64,000 bases of DNA from Camelus ferus (GCF_009834535.1 NC_045729.1:15934001-15998000); one strand, 5' to 3'; shown: positions 49,151 to 62,249, counted from the first letter of the stretch. Numbers and translations are program-made. Notes: generated by a model not told the origin, from the letters alone.

Positions 49151-49789
49151 GTACTCATTTCAGATGAAATGTCTTTCTACATTGGTTACATTTGTCAGTC
49201 ATTTAGGGAAAAATGGTGTTAGAATGTTAACTCCATTTTAGTTATTATGTTCTCTGTTATGCAGCTTCTGAAATTCTAAAAACCAATGTGTCAATGTTTA
49301 TCGTTACCTAAACAAACATGATAAGTCTTATTTCAAATGTAAATTAGTATTACTAAAAAATTAACAATAGTAATAACTTACACCTCGAAGACTTAAGTAC
49401 CAGACACTGGGCTAAGTGCTTCATTGGCTGTATGTTATTTAACTCTAACTATATACCCCAGTGATGAAGTAGGTACCAACACTAGTACCTCATTGTCAAA
49501 AAAGACACTGAAGTACAGAAGCTGATGAATTATCCAAGTTGTGGTTACATCCACACCACGATGTAAATGGCAGATTTAGAAACAAGACAGCCAGCCTCCG
49601 GAACCTTTGCTCTCAGCCCCCATGCTGATTAGCCCTTTGACTGTTAATCTAGTCTATTCTCTCTGTAATTATGATGGTTACGCTTTATAAAGTCACCAAG
49701 AACACTGAATTAGCAGACATCGAACCACTGCTGCGAGGAGAAATACAGGGTAGTTTCTGCCAACTTCTGGTCACTGCATTTTGGTCAAC

Positions 49790-49925
49790 NNNNNNNNNNN
49801 NNNNNNNNNNNNNNNNNNNNNNNNNNNNNNNNNNNNNNNNNNNNNNNNNNNNNNNNNNNNNNNNNNNNNNNNNNNNNNNNNNNNNNNNNNNNNNNNNNNN
49901 NNNNNNNNNNNNNNNNNNNNNNNNN
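49790..49925. other. Assembly gap (N run)
   Basis: Run of n covering the tail of a SINE. Confidence 1.
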
Positions 49926-49982
49926 ACACTGGACCCCATGCATGCTAAGCATGCTCTCTACCACTGAGCTATACCCGCCCGC
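49926..49982 (-). mobile_element. Vic-1-like SINE (partial, rest in gap)
   Basis: catgcatgctaagcatgctctctaccactgagctatacccgcccc. Confidence 0.8.
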
Positions 49983-51057
49983 TACATCTTGTTTTATATG
50001 TGTTTCTGTTTAAAGACACCTTATTTAATCCATATTGTTGATTCATGAACATTGACCTCTTCTCCAAAAGCACTGTGATTCATACTTGAGTGAGATTAAC
50101 TAACACATATTTTCTCTGTGAGGCACCTCTCAGCCTTCAGCACTATGCTTGGGAGTCATTTTAAACAGCAAAATCACCTACAAAAAGCACAAAAATGTGA
50201 ACTTGGCACTAAACAGACTGTGCAAAGGACACTTCCTTACAGGATGAAAGATGAAACAAGAAGTCGACCTTGATTGACAGCTGAGTACGCACATGTCTGG
50301 TGATTCAAAATTTTTGCCATCCTGTGCGTAGCTGGGAGTGACTGTGAATATTGATTTGGGGGTTACAAATAAATTTAAGTGAATAGGAGATCACAAATAC
50401 TGGAGTCCATGAATAACAAAGATACTGTATTTGCTAAGATCCTTGTATATTCTGTATATTTTCTGGATGGAGAGGTTAGGACAGAAGTGCATATTGGTTA
50501 AGGACCTGGGCTTGAAGACACAGATTTATGTCTGCCACTTGTGATGGACAAATCACTTAATCACACTGTATTAGTCTCTTTACCTAGTAAGCAGGGTAAT
50601 AATAGTAGATACCTGTTGCACACAAGCATGTAGAATGGCACCCAGTACTTAATAAATGCTAGTCATTACTGCAACTCAACCAACAGGGGCAGGAGTCCTA
50701 ATCATACATACAAACATTTAAGTATAGCGTATAGGCAGCTGTTATGTTGGTATCAGAAGTTTAAGGTTTTCTCTCCTGACACTTAAATATTGGATGAGAA
50801 AGTCAATGACCTTTCTGTATCTCAGCATATTTTTAAATAAAAATGGGGATAATACTACATACTAGGCGAGATTGCTGTGAGAAATAAACGGAATAGCGTA
50901 AGTGAAAGCATTTTGTAATCTGAAAGGCGCTATGTAAATATCAGGTAATATCATTATTGTTACACAGAATGTTTACTGTTGAAATCAATGACTAACAACT
51001 TAGTTGCTTCACATATCACCTTTTTAAAAAATTAATAATTTTTTGTTGTTTTTGTTT

Positions 51058-51178
51058 TGGGGAGAGGTAATTACGTTCATTTATTTACTTATTTATTTTA
51101 ATAGAGGTGCTGGGGATTGGACCCAGGACCTCCAGTATGCAAAGCATGTGAGCTAGCATCGAGATACACTCTCCCCTC
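51058..51178 (-). mobile_element. Vic-1-like SINE
   Basis: ggggagaggtaattacgttcatttattt...gaggtgctggggattggacccaggacc. Confidence 0.8.
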
Positions 51179-51202
51179 TAGAACTTTTGAATTGTGTAGC
51201 TC

Positions 51203-51216
51203 CTGCCCCCTAGTGG
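51203..51216 (-). promoter_or_regulatory. CTCF core motif
   Basis: ctgccccctagtgg; reverse complement CCACTAGGGGGCAG is a close match to the CTCF consensus. Confidence 0.6.
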
Positions 51217-52609
51217 TACGCAGAGATGAATTCCCACCAAGACATTTTACATTTTCTTAAAGAACACTCCATCCTTGTAAAGAAAAAAGGAAATGATCAT
51301 TCACTTAACAAACAAAAAAATGTATGGAGTTCCTACTATAGTCTGGAAACTATGATAAATTCTGGATAAATACAAACATGTTTCTTGCCCTTGGAAAACA
51401 GACATACCTAGAAACAGTCGAATGTAATGTGATAAGAACTTAAACTGAAATATAAAAAATGTTGTGGGAGCACAGAGGAGGGAGTCACTAGTTCTATTTA
51501 GGGAAGATGAGGAAAGCTTCTCAGATAAATTGATATTTAAATTATATCTGAAGGCATTTTACCAAAGAATGAATGGGAAGGGCATTTCGGTCTGTGCAAA
51601 TATGTTGGTGTGTTTGGAAAATAATAGCAGTGTAATCAGATCAGCTAGAGAAGACATCGAAGGTGAGAGTGAGGAAGAGGGGGTGAGGGAAGTGGCTCTA
51701 GATGAGTCTGGAAGGAAAAGTTGGGGCAGATTATGAAGATGCATCTAGTTAAGGTGATTAGACTTCATTGTGTAGCCAGTGGTGCATTTGTAAGATAACT
51801 GTTTCAAAAAGCAGAGCATAATGCACATAACAATCTTAGTACATGTCCTAATTATCAAAAATACTCTAGGTCTTTCTTCATTACTATTTTTTTAACTGTA
51901 AAATGGTGAGCAATGTTAGATCCTTTTTTACTTTTTCACTGAGTCAAGATGCATTCATGGGTCTTAAAATCAATTTTGTGTGTTGAGAACAACATAAAAT
52001 AGAATAAAAACATAATAAAAACTATAAATTGCCATCACTTTTAGTAAGGGTATCATTTTTGGAAAACTTTTTTTTTTCACTGATACATATTTGTGTATAT
52101 ATGGGTACACTGGGTTCTAATATAAAATATGCCCTTACTGTGGGTAATGATTTTTTAAAAAGACTCAAAAAAAAAAAAAAAAACTACTAAGTAATGTCTA
52201 AAGGATTCTCCTAAATTAAAGTTCCTACACTTCTATTATCTTCCAATGATTGACTGATTCTTCTGAAGTAAATCTCATTAATTTAACTTACAGGTAGTTG
52301 GAAAAGGTTCTAGGTAGTCTTTCAATGGAATGTATGAATTGTTAAAAAGTTTGAGGTCTACCTACATGTACTGACATAAAAAGGTGTCTTGATGTATTGT
52401 TAAGTAAAAAGCAAAATGTGCACAGGCTGTATAACATGATGCCATTTGTGAAAATTCATAGACTCACACATACACCCATAATGCATAATGCATAGAAAAT
52501 GACAGAAAGAATATACAAAAAATTGTTTACAGTAGTTAAGTCAATGAAGAATGAAAGGAGGGTGGATCCTAAGGAGCAGGGTGGTGGACTCTGAAATTTT
52601 TAATATAAA

Positions 52610-53410
52610 TTTTATTTAGTTATAACTCATATAATAAAATGCATGCCTTTTGAGTACACGTTTTCTTGAGTCTTGACTAATATACATACTTTGTGTAACC
52701 AACACCACAATCAAGATAAAGGATATTTCCATCACTCACTCTTCCCTCAAATAGCCTTGTATCTCTTCCTATTCAATTCTTCATTCTCTTTGGCATTAGG
52801 CAACCACTTAATTTCTGTTACTGCAGATTAGTCTTTTTAAGAACTTCATATACATGGAGTCATACAGAATATATTCTTTTGGGCCTGACTTTTTGTTGTC
52901 TTGTTCAGTATAATGTTTTTGAGATCTATCCATATTATTGTGGGTAATACTAGTTTAAGTTTTTAAACTGCCATCCCTGAGTATTCGTATTTGACCCTCT
53001 CTACTGCTATACTGTTTATCTTATTACTGTCGTATGTCAGTATGACTGTGTTCTATTACAGGGATACACCAAAGTTTGTTTATCAGTTCACCTATTGATA
53101 GACATTTAGGGCGGTTTCTTGGTTTTCACCATCTACAATTTACAAAACTGCTATGAACATTTGCATGTATGTCTTTTTGTGAACATATATTTTACTTTCT
53201 CTTGGGTAAATATCTTGGAGTAAAATGCTGGGTCATATGATAAATGTGTGTTTAACTTTTAAGAAAATACAAAGCTTAGTTTTCCAAAATGGTTGTGCCA
53301 TTTTAATTCCCCACTAGCAATGTATGAATTTTGCTCCACATTCTTGACAGCATTTTGTCGTTGTCATTTTTTTTAAGCCATTCTACTAGCTGTGTCGTAT
53401 TCTCATTGTA
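52610..53410 (-). mobile_element. Old L1M fragment
   Basis: gtaaccaacaccacaatcaagataaaggatatttccatcac...ggagtaaaatgctgggtcatatgataaatgtgtgtttaacttt. Confidence 0.75.
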
Positions 53411-54979
53411 GTTTCAAATATATAAAATATATATAGCATAAAATTGTTAATAATATAAAGATGTGGAAATTTCACTTTTCATTTTATACGCTTTTAAACT
53501 CTGAAGTTTTTTGCAAAGTATATGTAGGGTCTGAAATTGGGGGATTTGGGGAAATGCCCAAGTTAGATGATTAGACTGAAACAGAAATTTTGTATTATTC
53601 AACAATTATTATTGCCTATTATGTGAAGGGCCTCACGCTGGGTGCTAAAAAAGCAAAGTTCCTGCCTTTATGGAGTTTATGGTTTAGTGGGAGATATTCG
53701 AAGAATAATAACGCATTAGGTAAAACAAAAAGGTGTAACAGAAGCAAGCAAGTGGAAGCATTAGAGAAAGTTCATCTAAAGCACTTGACAAAGTCACAAG
53801 AGGAGGTATTATCCGAGCTGATTATGTGAACATATTAATTAGTTTGCCAAACTGACAGGATAGGGTAGAGAGTTTAAGGTAGAAGATTTAATGCATGAAA
53901 GGGATGAAGACTATGAAGAGCATGGACTATTCAGGAAACCATAAGCAGTGCAGGATTACTGAAATTTTAAGTGAAAGTTTATTTTAAAAAAAATCTTGAA
54001 TCCTTTTCTATGGCCTTAATATCTATACTTACTTATTTACTATCTCAAAGCATCCTATCCTAATGGACAAGCCATTAACAATTTTCTGTTGATAGACATT
54101 CATGTCGTTTCCATTTTTTTCACGATTACAAACAATGGTGTAATAAAGATTATTGTATACACTTTCTTGCACATTAATAAATTAATAAAATTAATAAAGT
54201 AATAAAAATTTCTCTAAAATAGCTATTAGTGGATTTGCTAAATTGAAGGTAATGATGTACAGAATTTTGATCAATTCTGCTAAACTTCTCTTCAGAAATG
54301 AGGTACAAATTTACAATCCTGCCAACAGTGTATGAGAGTATCTGCTTGCCCATATCCTTAGAAGGGCTAGATATTATAAATCCTTTTGAATTTTAACACA
54401 TCACTTTGTCATGCACAGTAGACAAACTAGAGACAGGTTTTCAACTAGTCAACATAAAAAAGTGGTGAAGTCCTCCACTGTTGTTGTCATTTCGTATCTC
54501 GGTTTTCCAGTTGCTGTCCGTGCTAATCAAATCATTAACGTGACAGTGTTGTGGCAAATTTACATTTGGAGCCTACAAGGAACATATTTATGGAGAGAGT
54601 TCAGTAGGATTTATTATTATTATAGAACTGGGAGCAAGTAACAGCTATTAAATAAATGCTTTCCCAATTGGTTAGGAATTGAGTAGATCCCATTTACAGT
54701 TTAACATGGTCAAAATTTCCAAAAAGTTAACCAGAATACACACGGAAAGTGTGGCAGATTATTTCAACAGGTACCGTTCTGGAAACTCCTAGATAAAAAG
54801 ATGCTATTATAAGGCGATATATCAGGCTGGGCATTTTTGACGTTTAGACTCTGGAAGGTTAAAATCCACGTTTACAACTGGGTCATACACTTCCTGTAGG
54901 TAGTCAACTTGGGTTTACCGACGGATGGGTACCCCTTTTCTGCAAGGAAACTAGGGTTAAGAAATGACTCTTAGAAGAA

Positions 54980-55500
54980 AAAAATTCGCCAGACTTCAAG
55001 ATGGTCGTCGTCTTCCCAAAGGACCGCGCGCACCTGCCGCGGAGCAAGATGGCGCGTCTCCTCATCACTTCTCCGGGATGGAGATTTCCTTAACGTGAAT
55101 TACGCACTTGGAGGGCATCCCTGCCATTACCCAAGATGGTGAGTCGCGCAATCTCACCGTTTCCAGGTTTCAACATGGCTCCCTCAAACTGCGCCACCGG
55201 AGCTTAATCTCAGGAACCAAGCTCAACTCGCGCGGAAGTAGCGTCAGCGGAAGTTGTTGCGTAACGCGACGCCCCGCCCCCACTCCCGCCCCCGTTCCGA
55301 CGCCCCGCCCCCGGCGGCGCTGAGAGCAGAGCCAAGATGGCGGCCGAGCTGGAGTACGAGTCTGTGCTGTGTGTGAAGCCCGACGTCAGCGTCTACCGAA
55401 TTCCGCCCCGGGCCTCCAACCGCGGTTACAGGTACTGACTCCGAGGCACTACGGCGCACGCGTGCCGGTCGGGGATGACACTTCCCTCCTCGGGTAGCAC
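54980..55500 (+). promoter_or_regulatory. NECAP1: NECAP1 CpG-island promoter with YY1 and ETS/GABP motifs
   Basis: CAAGATGG at 54997, 55045, 55132 and 55333; CAACATGGC at 55171; CGGAAGT at 55233 and 55248; GC boxes at ~55272-55312. Confidence 0.85.
55337..55431 (+). CDS. NECAP1: NECAP endocytosis associated 1, exon 1
   Basis: [32 protein letters not shown]; donor AG|GTACTG; 95 nt. Absent from the ORF track because it is short. Confidence 0.96.
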
Positions 55501-57169
55501 GCTGCCTATCCCTGCCACTGCCAGCTCTGGGTTGTCACCTTGCTAGCTTCCCCACCTGGATTATTATCGCCCTGGTCTGCTCTGCCCCGATTCTGGACTG
55601 CCATCATCCTTGTTTCCTCCGCTTAACAAAAAAGTTACCCTCCTGCGTCCTCCCACTCCTCCTCCCCCGGACCCTCTAGGTTCCCCATCTGCTCCCCATC
55701 ATTCACGTCCAGTCTTGCCAGCTCCACCGCCGGTCACCTTTCGTTCGCTCTTCCCTGCGTCCTTCAGCTTGTCACCCTCATCTCCCCTTCCCTCCCTCGC
55801 CGTTTCACACACGCTTCCAAGACCCCGTGCGCATCTGTGGGTAATCATAGTGTTCTTGGCTCCTCTCGGGATGAGCTCATTTTTCTTTTGTGCTGTTCAG
55901 TCTTGCCACCAAATATCGTCTTCCATCGTATGGTTTTCCCTTCAGCTCTTTTGCCAGTGAGCAAAGGTTAAGATCCTAAGTTTTCCAACACTTGTCCAGT
56001 CCGTTACTTTTCAGTGTCTTTTCTCTGTGGCTCTGTAGTATTTGCTGCCTCCCTTCTCTCTTAACTTCTCCTATAGCCTTTGCTTCTAGAGTTAACGCAG
56101 CATTTTCTTTGTAGGGTTAACAAACCACCTTGTAATCCCATGACTGTGAGGGTCTTTGGATGCTGTAGGAAGTTGTGAAGTCATGCAGTCCAAAGAGTTA
56201 ACATAACTCAGTGGGTTACATGTTTAAAAATACGAGCATGTGCCCTGGCAACTTAACAGCGATATGATTTGGGACAAATTTCTTAACCTCTCCAAGCCTA
56301 AGTTTTCTCATCTGTAAAATACGAAAACAAAGTTGGTAATAAAACCTGCTCTAGCTGTGTATCCTGTAGAAGTTTTTGGAGGGGTTATTAAAATCATGTA
56401 ATAAGTGTGAAAAAAGAATCTAAAATGAATTTCCTATAAAGAATTTAGGAAAGAGTAAAGCAGTATATAAATATAAGATGCTGTTTTTATTTCTCTGACT
56501 CACATCACCATCATGATTTTCCTCTTGGCATTTATTATTACCTTCTCTGAAAAGTTATCCTCTCCTTATGTCCATTATTTTGCCTCCTTACTAGAGGTTC
56601 CTTCATGAATCAGTATCTCTGTGCTTACTGACCTGTGCACTAGACCCTGGGGGTTGTACCCTTTGGCACAGAGGTAGTCCTAATTTCAGGCTTTCCATCG
56701 GATTCCCAAATTGCTGATGAATAGGAATCTACATATTTTTGGATGGTAGTCGCAGGTACTAATATGTGTGAGTCAGCTGAGACATCTTCTTCCTTGGGAA
56801 GCCCTCCTGGATCTTCCATCCTGGCTTAGGTGTGGTCTCCGTGCGCTTCTGTAGCACCTGCTCCTTCTGCGTTGTAATAGATTGTTTGGTCTCCCATGCC
56901 TTCAGACTAGACTCTGAACACCTTGAGGTCTTTTTAAACTTTGTATTCCCAGGGTCTAGCACAGTTTCTGGCACATAATGAGGATTCTGTAAATGTTGAC
57001 TGAAAGAAGAAATTAGTAGATTACACTTAATTATAAAAATTAGCATTGATTGAACTGTTAAATAAGGTAAAAAATAGCTCATGACGTCCAACTTTAGGAG
57101 CTAAGACATCCTAAGGGATATGATACACATTGAAGTGGCATTCTGTTCTTTTTCTTCCACTTCATGCAT

Positions 57170-57262
57170 TTTTTTTTTTTTTAATGAATGTACCGGGGAT
57201 TGAACTCAGGACCTCATGCATGCTGAGCTCCCCACTCTACAGCTGAGCTGGACCCAGCCCCA
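57170..57262 (-). mobile_element. Vic-1-like SINE
   Basis: T-run + gtaccggggattgaactcaggacctcatgcatgctgag...gctgagctggacccagcccc. Confidence 0.8.
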
Positions 57263-58999
57263 CTTGAGGCTTTTTAAAAGACCTTTTTCTCTTGCCCATC
57301 TACAGCCTCTATCTTCACTTCCGGGTTTATCCACAGCCTTTATCCTTGTGTCAGTAACTGCACTGAGCCATCAAAGTGATTTCTTAATTTTCCTCTTTTA
57401 CTCTTTTTCTCATTATCATTCTGTGTTTCCCATGCTTATTATTGGCATCTTATGCTATAAAAGGATTTTTACATCAGTCACTCTTCGCTTAGTACAGTCA
57501 GTGGAGAGAGCAGAACTGAGTTTGAGTCGTGATTCTCATTGATTTGTTGGGTTACTTTTGGCAAGTCACTTAACTCTTTTGAACTTTAGTTTCCTCATTT
57601 ACAAAAATGGATATACTGTTACTAACTTTGCAAGATCCTCTCACTTAATTTTTACCAGAATGGGCATAATTCCTGGCACATAATAGATGCTTGATAAATA
57701 GCACTTTTCTGTGTTTTTGTCTGTGTCAGTCTATTCTGTTGTTTACCAGAACCCATTTTATATTATGAGCATGATTTACACTCCAGGCTGCCATTAAAGG
57801 AAAAACTCAACTTTATAGGAAGCAGGAGAGAGAAATGCTTTCTTTGAGTGACTAATAAGCTCAGAGGGAGTAACTGACTTTGATTCTCCTAGTGTATGTA
57901 AGCTGTTGCTTCCCAGACTCTCAGTGACCAGACTTACGGAAGGAAAATTTAGGTTGATGCCAAACTTATAAGTGGTTAGAAAATGGTTTCCCAATCTGTA
58001 AAACTGTTTATTTAAATTCATTATTACCTGCTTCCCCAGCTAAATCAGTATTAAACTCAATAGTGTGTTTTAATGTAATGAACAGAATGCTGGACTTTGA
58101 AGTTAGGGATCATTCCTTACTGTGCTATTGTCCTTTTCTTCATCTGGAGAGAGATGTTAGGCCTTTCATGCCTATTTCATACGACAGGCTGTAAGAATTT
58201 ATTGCCAAGTAGATGAAAATTTCTGAGGTCAGTTTTGAAGACCAGTAAAACCAAGATTTCCTCAGGCTAGGTCTGGGGTGTGGGAGAGGAATTAAGGCTC
58301 AGGATGGAGGGAAACTGCTACCATGAGCATCCATTCACCTACTGAGAATTTGTTACACATTGGCCACTAGATACACAAATAAGCCAAGGAACCTGTCCAG
58401 AGAAACACATCTAGGCAGGCTTGTTCCTAATATTTTCAGTAGACCATTTATACTCTGTCTAGCTGGTGGTGGTATAGTGGAATAAGTAACAGCTCATTTA
58501 AAAAATCTAATAGACAGGGACCGTCTAGGGCGCTCTCGTCTGGATCAGATTCAGGTATTGAAGGTCTGTGACGCAGGGCATCAAGAGAGAAGGGCATGAC
58601 AAAGATTTATCTTATAAATCCTATTCAGAACCTGTGCTAATTAAAATTTTCATTTCATCCTTTTCACCTTTTGCCTTCCATCTTGTTCAGCTTTTTAAAC
58701 TTTTGGTGTACTTTACTGTTACCTTCCTAACCTGCAAGTATTAGTCTTCAGGCTCCCAAGGGATGAGTTGTCAGTAACTTTTACTTTGCCCTCCCTTTTC
58801 CACGCTGCTGGCAAAACAGAATCACAAGTGCAGTGTTTTGTAAAATTGGTCATAATGTCTTAGGTTAAACAATGTCTTAAATAATGTCTTAGGTTTCATT
58901 CAAATTCACTTATAACACAAATTTTAAGCATTCAGTGTTTTGTAATGTTTCCATGGACATTTGTATCACTAGTCCACATGTCTTTCCTGCATTCCAGTC

Positions 59000-59890
59000 A
59001 TACATTCAAATGCATACTCGGTTACACATCTCAGACTCAACGTATCTGAAACTGAACTCCCAGTCTTTCTTCCCAGACATGTTCTACCTGTAGCCTTCCT
59101 CATCTCAGTTATCGGCAACTGCTCTGTTCAAGCTAGAAACCTTGGAGTCATCGTTGACTTAATCTCTGATTTCTCTCTCTCTTCTGCCTCACATCCAGTC
59201 TGTTAGAAAATCCTGCCGCCTTTACTTTAAATATATCCACAGTCCAGCCACTTCTGCTACTCCGTCTTCCTGGTCACCACCATGAGTCTCCTAGATTACT
59301 CTTAACTAATCCCCCTGCTTCAGCACATTCCTACACCCCATCTATTCGCAGCAAAGTAATCCTTTTAAATAAAAGGGAGGTCAGGTCACACCCTGCTTCA
59401 ACCTGTAATGCCTCCTCTTTCACTCAGAGTAAAAGCCAGAGTCCTTACAGTGGCCTCCAAGGCCCTGTGTGATCAGCTACTCCCCCGCCTCATCTGTCAC
59501 TTTAATCACCATGGCCTCCTTTCTTTGCACTCGCTGTTTCCTACACCTGGAATGCTTCCCCCCCAGAGATCTACATGGGTAACCCTCACTTCCTTCACAT
59601 TTTTGCTCACATTTCACCCTGTAAATAAGCCTCCCCTGACCACCCTCTTGAGTGCCGCAGCCTGTTCGCCTTCCCACTGCCTTCCGCATCTCCCTGTTCT
59701 GCCTCTGCATTTTCTTTTTACCTTAAGCGCTTACCACTGTCTGAGATATTAATTCACTTATTTTTTTTAATTATCTATCTTCTGTTAGAATGTAAGCTTC
59801 ATGAGGGCTTTATTTTGTTCCCTCACATATCCCAAGCGCCTGGAATAGTGCCTTCGGCTTAATGCACACTCTGTAAATATTGGTTGAATT
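59000..59890 (+). mobile_element. L2 LINE fragment (ORF2 end and 3' UTR)
   Basis: catctcagactcaacgtatctgaaactgaactcc...ctagaaaccttggagtcatcgttgact...agaatgtaagcttcatgagggc...ctgtaaatattggttgaat. Confidence 0.8.
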
Positions 59891-60316
59891 CAGTGAAAGG
59901 TAAAATGTTCAGGGCTTTGGGAAGGCTTCTGTTACCCGGCGTATTTCATTTAGTGGACTTCATTGTTCCTTGATCAGTAAAACACTATTATGTAAATTAC
60001 CATCTACAGTATGAAAATAGTGTCATTATGATACACTTTTAATTGCTTTTATTTGTACTTTTACATCTTTTTATTGATGCTTATTGGACTTCAGAATCCT
60101 CAAGTGGTAACATTTCTTCTCTGTGTTTTGGACTGTGTGTAACGTGAGGCGTCTGTGTAGAGGGGGTCGTGGGCTACTCTTTTTGATTACTTAATAGGTA
60201 GAAGGAGTAACGATCCAGAACAGGGAATTAGAAACATGGCAAGTGATTATGGGTAGGTTTTTAGTGTATTAAAGATGTGGACCTGAGGCCTGAGGCTTCC
60301 CATTTTCCTACCCTAG

Positions 60317-60417
60317 GGCATCTGACTGGAAATTAGACCAGCCTGATTGGACTGGTCGCCTCCGAATCACTTCAAAAGGGAAGATTGCTTACATCAAACT
60401 CGAGGATAGAGTTTCAG
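60317..60417 (+). CDS. NECAP1: NECAP1 exon 2 (PHear domain)
   Basis: cctag|G; [33 protein letters not shown]; donor G|GTAACT; 101 nt. Confidence 0.96.
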
Positions 60418-60572
60418 GTAACTTGTGCTGCTGACCCTCTAACATATTAAGGTGTTGATTTGGTGTTCCTTTCAAAGCACCTTCAAACTGGGGACTAGAG
60501 GGGAAATACTTGTTAACTGAGTTTCAGATTTTTGCTTCCTTTGCTCACGGAAGTCTTTTTCTTACCTGTCAG

Positions 60573-60677
60573 GGGAGCTCTTTGCTCAGGCACCAGTAGA
60601 ACAGTATCCTGGCATTGCCGTGGAGACAGTGACAGATTCCAGCCGCTACTTTGTAATCCGGATCCAGGATGGTACTG
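60573..60677 (+). CDS. NECAP1: NECAP1 exon 3
   Basis: gtcag|GG; [34 protein letters not shown]; donor G|GTAAGG; 105 nt. Confidence 0.96.
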
Positions 60678-61021
60678 GTAAGGATCAGGGACTTGAGTGG
60701 GATGAGCCTAGGGAAGTAGTTAATGCATTTCAGTGAAGGCGCGTCCCCATGCATTTATGTCATTTCTGTTTACTAAATTTTCTCCCTTTTCTTTAAATTT
60801 AACTATAGTTGCTAAGAGGGAAGGATTAACATGTTGTTTATAATAGATATGAATACAAGTTCAAAATGTGGTATTAAAGGTAGATATAAATCAATCAAAA
60901 TGTGTATCTAACCAAAGAATTGGCACATACTGCCTGCTGATTGTTCCTGGTGATGTTTGCTGGGACTGTCTTAAATCACCTGTGTTTATGGTGATCAGTA
61001 TCTTTTCTCCATAGTCTGTGT

Positions 61022-61250
61022 CAGAGGTTGGCAAACTTTTTCTGTGAAGACACAGACAATAAATATTTCAGGTTCCGTGGGCTGAATGGTCTCTATTGCA
61101 CCTATTCAGCTCTTTTGCTCTAGGGTAAAAGCTGCCGTGGATGACACGTAAACACAGTGGTGTGTTTGTGCTCTAGTAAAACTTGATTGACAAAAACAAG
61201 CTGTGGCAGCGTTTGGCCCACGGGCTGTCTGCAGTTTGCGGACCCCCGGT
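61022..61250 (+). mobile_element. MER58A-like hAT-Charlie element
   Basis: cagaggttggcaaactttttctgtgaag...aaatatttcagg...tttggcccacgggctg...cagtttgcggacccc. Confidence 0.8.
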
Positions 61251-61369
61251 CTGTGAGACAGCGCTACGCGCTCACGGACTTGATCCGGCTAGGGTAACTG
61301 CTGTGTTTTCGTTGGGCAGAGTGCGCTGCTGGGTGCTTCCTGCTCTGAGGATTCCTGTCTTTCTCACAG

Positions 61370-61451
61370 GGCGAAGTGCCTTCATTGGCATTGGCTTCTC
61401 AGATCGGGGCGATGCCTTCGACTTTAACGTCTCTTTGCAAGATCACTTCAA
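61370..61451 (+). CDS. NECAP1: NECAP1 exon 4
   Basis: cacag|GG; [27 protein letters not shown]; donor AA|GTGAGT; 82 nt. Confidence 0.96.
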
Positions 61452-62249
61452 GTGAGTGACGCTGGTCCTTAGTTGCCAGGTTAAGTGTTTGGGACTGCTG
61501 CTGCTCAGTTGAGTGGGCGCTCTCTTACCTCCTGGCTTCTTTATTTGATAACTAGTTCGTCACGGACATAGATCTTCCCCTCCACTCTGTTTTCTGGCAC
61601 TGTGTTTGTACCCATCCTTTCCTTGTAGCTGGGGTGTGTTTCTGATCCCTGTGCAGCCGTTGGAGATGATGCCTTTGTTTCTGCCTCTGGAGACGGGCCC
61701 TTGCTTCTAGGGGGCAGAGGGGGGCGTGGCAGTACCGCAGGGCTGCGCGTGAGCTGTGTGGGGAGCTCTGTGCGTCTTGTGCCTGGGCGGCTGACGCGTC
61801 CTGTGCCCCTTGCGGCATTTCTTCAGCCCGTTTGATTTTGGCTCCGCTGCGGTGGACGGCGGCCTGTACACTGTCAGCCTCCCACCTCGGGCAGGCGTGC
61901 CTCTGCGCTTCTGCCTCGGGACTTTCTGACATTGTGGAAGGCCCCCAGTTAGCGAGGGGGCAGCCTGGAAGGACCGAGGAGTTAACGGCACCTTGGGGAC
62001 AGCCCTCAAGTGCAGGGGTGGGGACTTGTGGCTCGGTGCCCTCTTGGAGGGGCAGGTTTAACCTGCGTCTCGTGTGGTTCCTCGTGGTGTTGAGCCCCGG
62101 TTGCCCTCTCTCTTGCTTTCTTTTCTCACGTTTCATGTTCCCTTTCTCTGCTTTCTGGAATCATGTTTCACATAAATTAGCTACATTCAAATTTGTCAGA
62201 CCCTATTTTCAGGGAATCCCAATTAAAATAACTTTCTCTTTTACTGAAG

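Larger units (their letters stand above)
49665..50428 (-). mobile_element. MER82-like Tigger DNA transposon interrupted by a SINE and a gap
   Basis: gaatattgatttgggggttacaaataaattt...gagtccatgaataacaaagatactgta is the reverse complement of the MER82 left end. Confidence 0.7.

Noticed and set aside
24771-49925. Four N runs as possible hidden features
   Set aside because: All fall inside or directly beside repeats (three L1, one SINE), typical of assembly gaps. None interrupts an exon.
61552-62136. 194-aa minus-strand ORF in NECAP1 intron 4
   Set aside because: No recognisable protein; explained by local GC richness.
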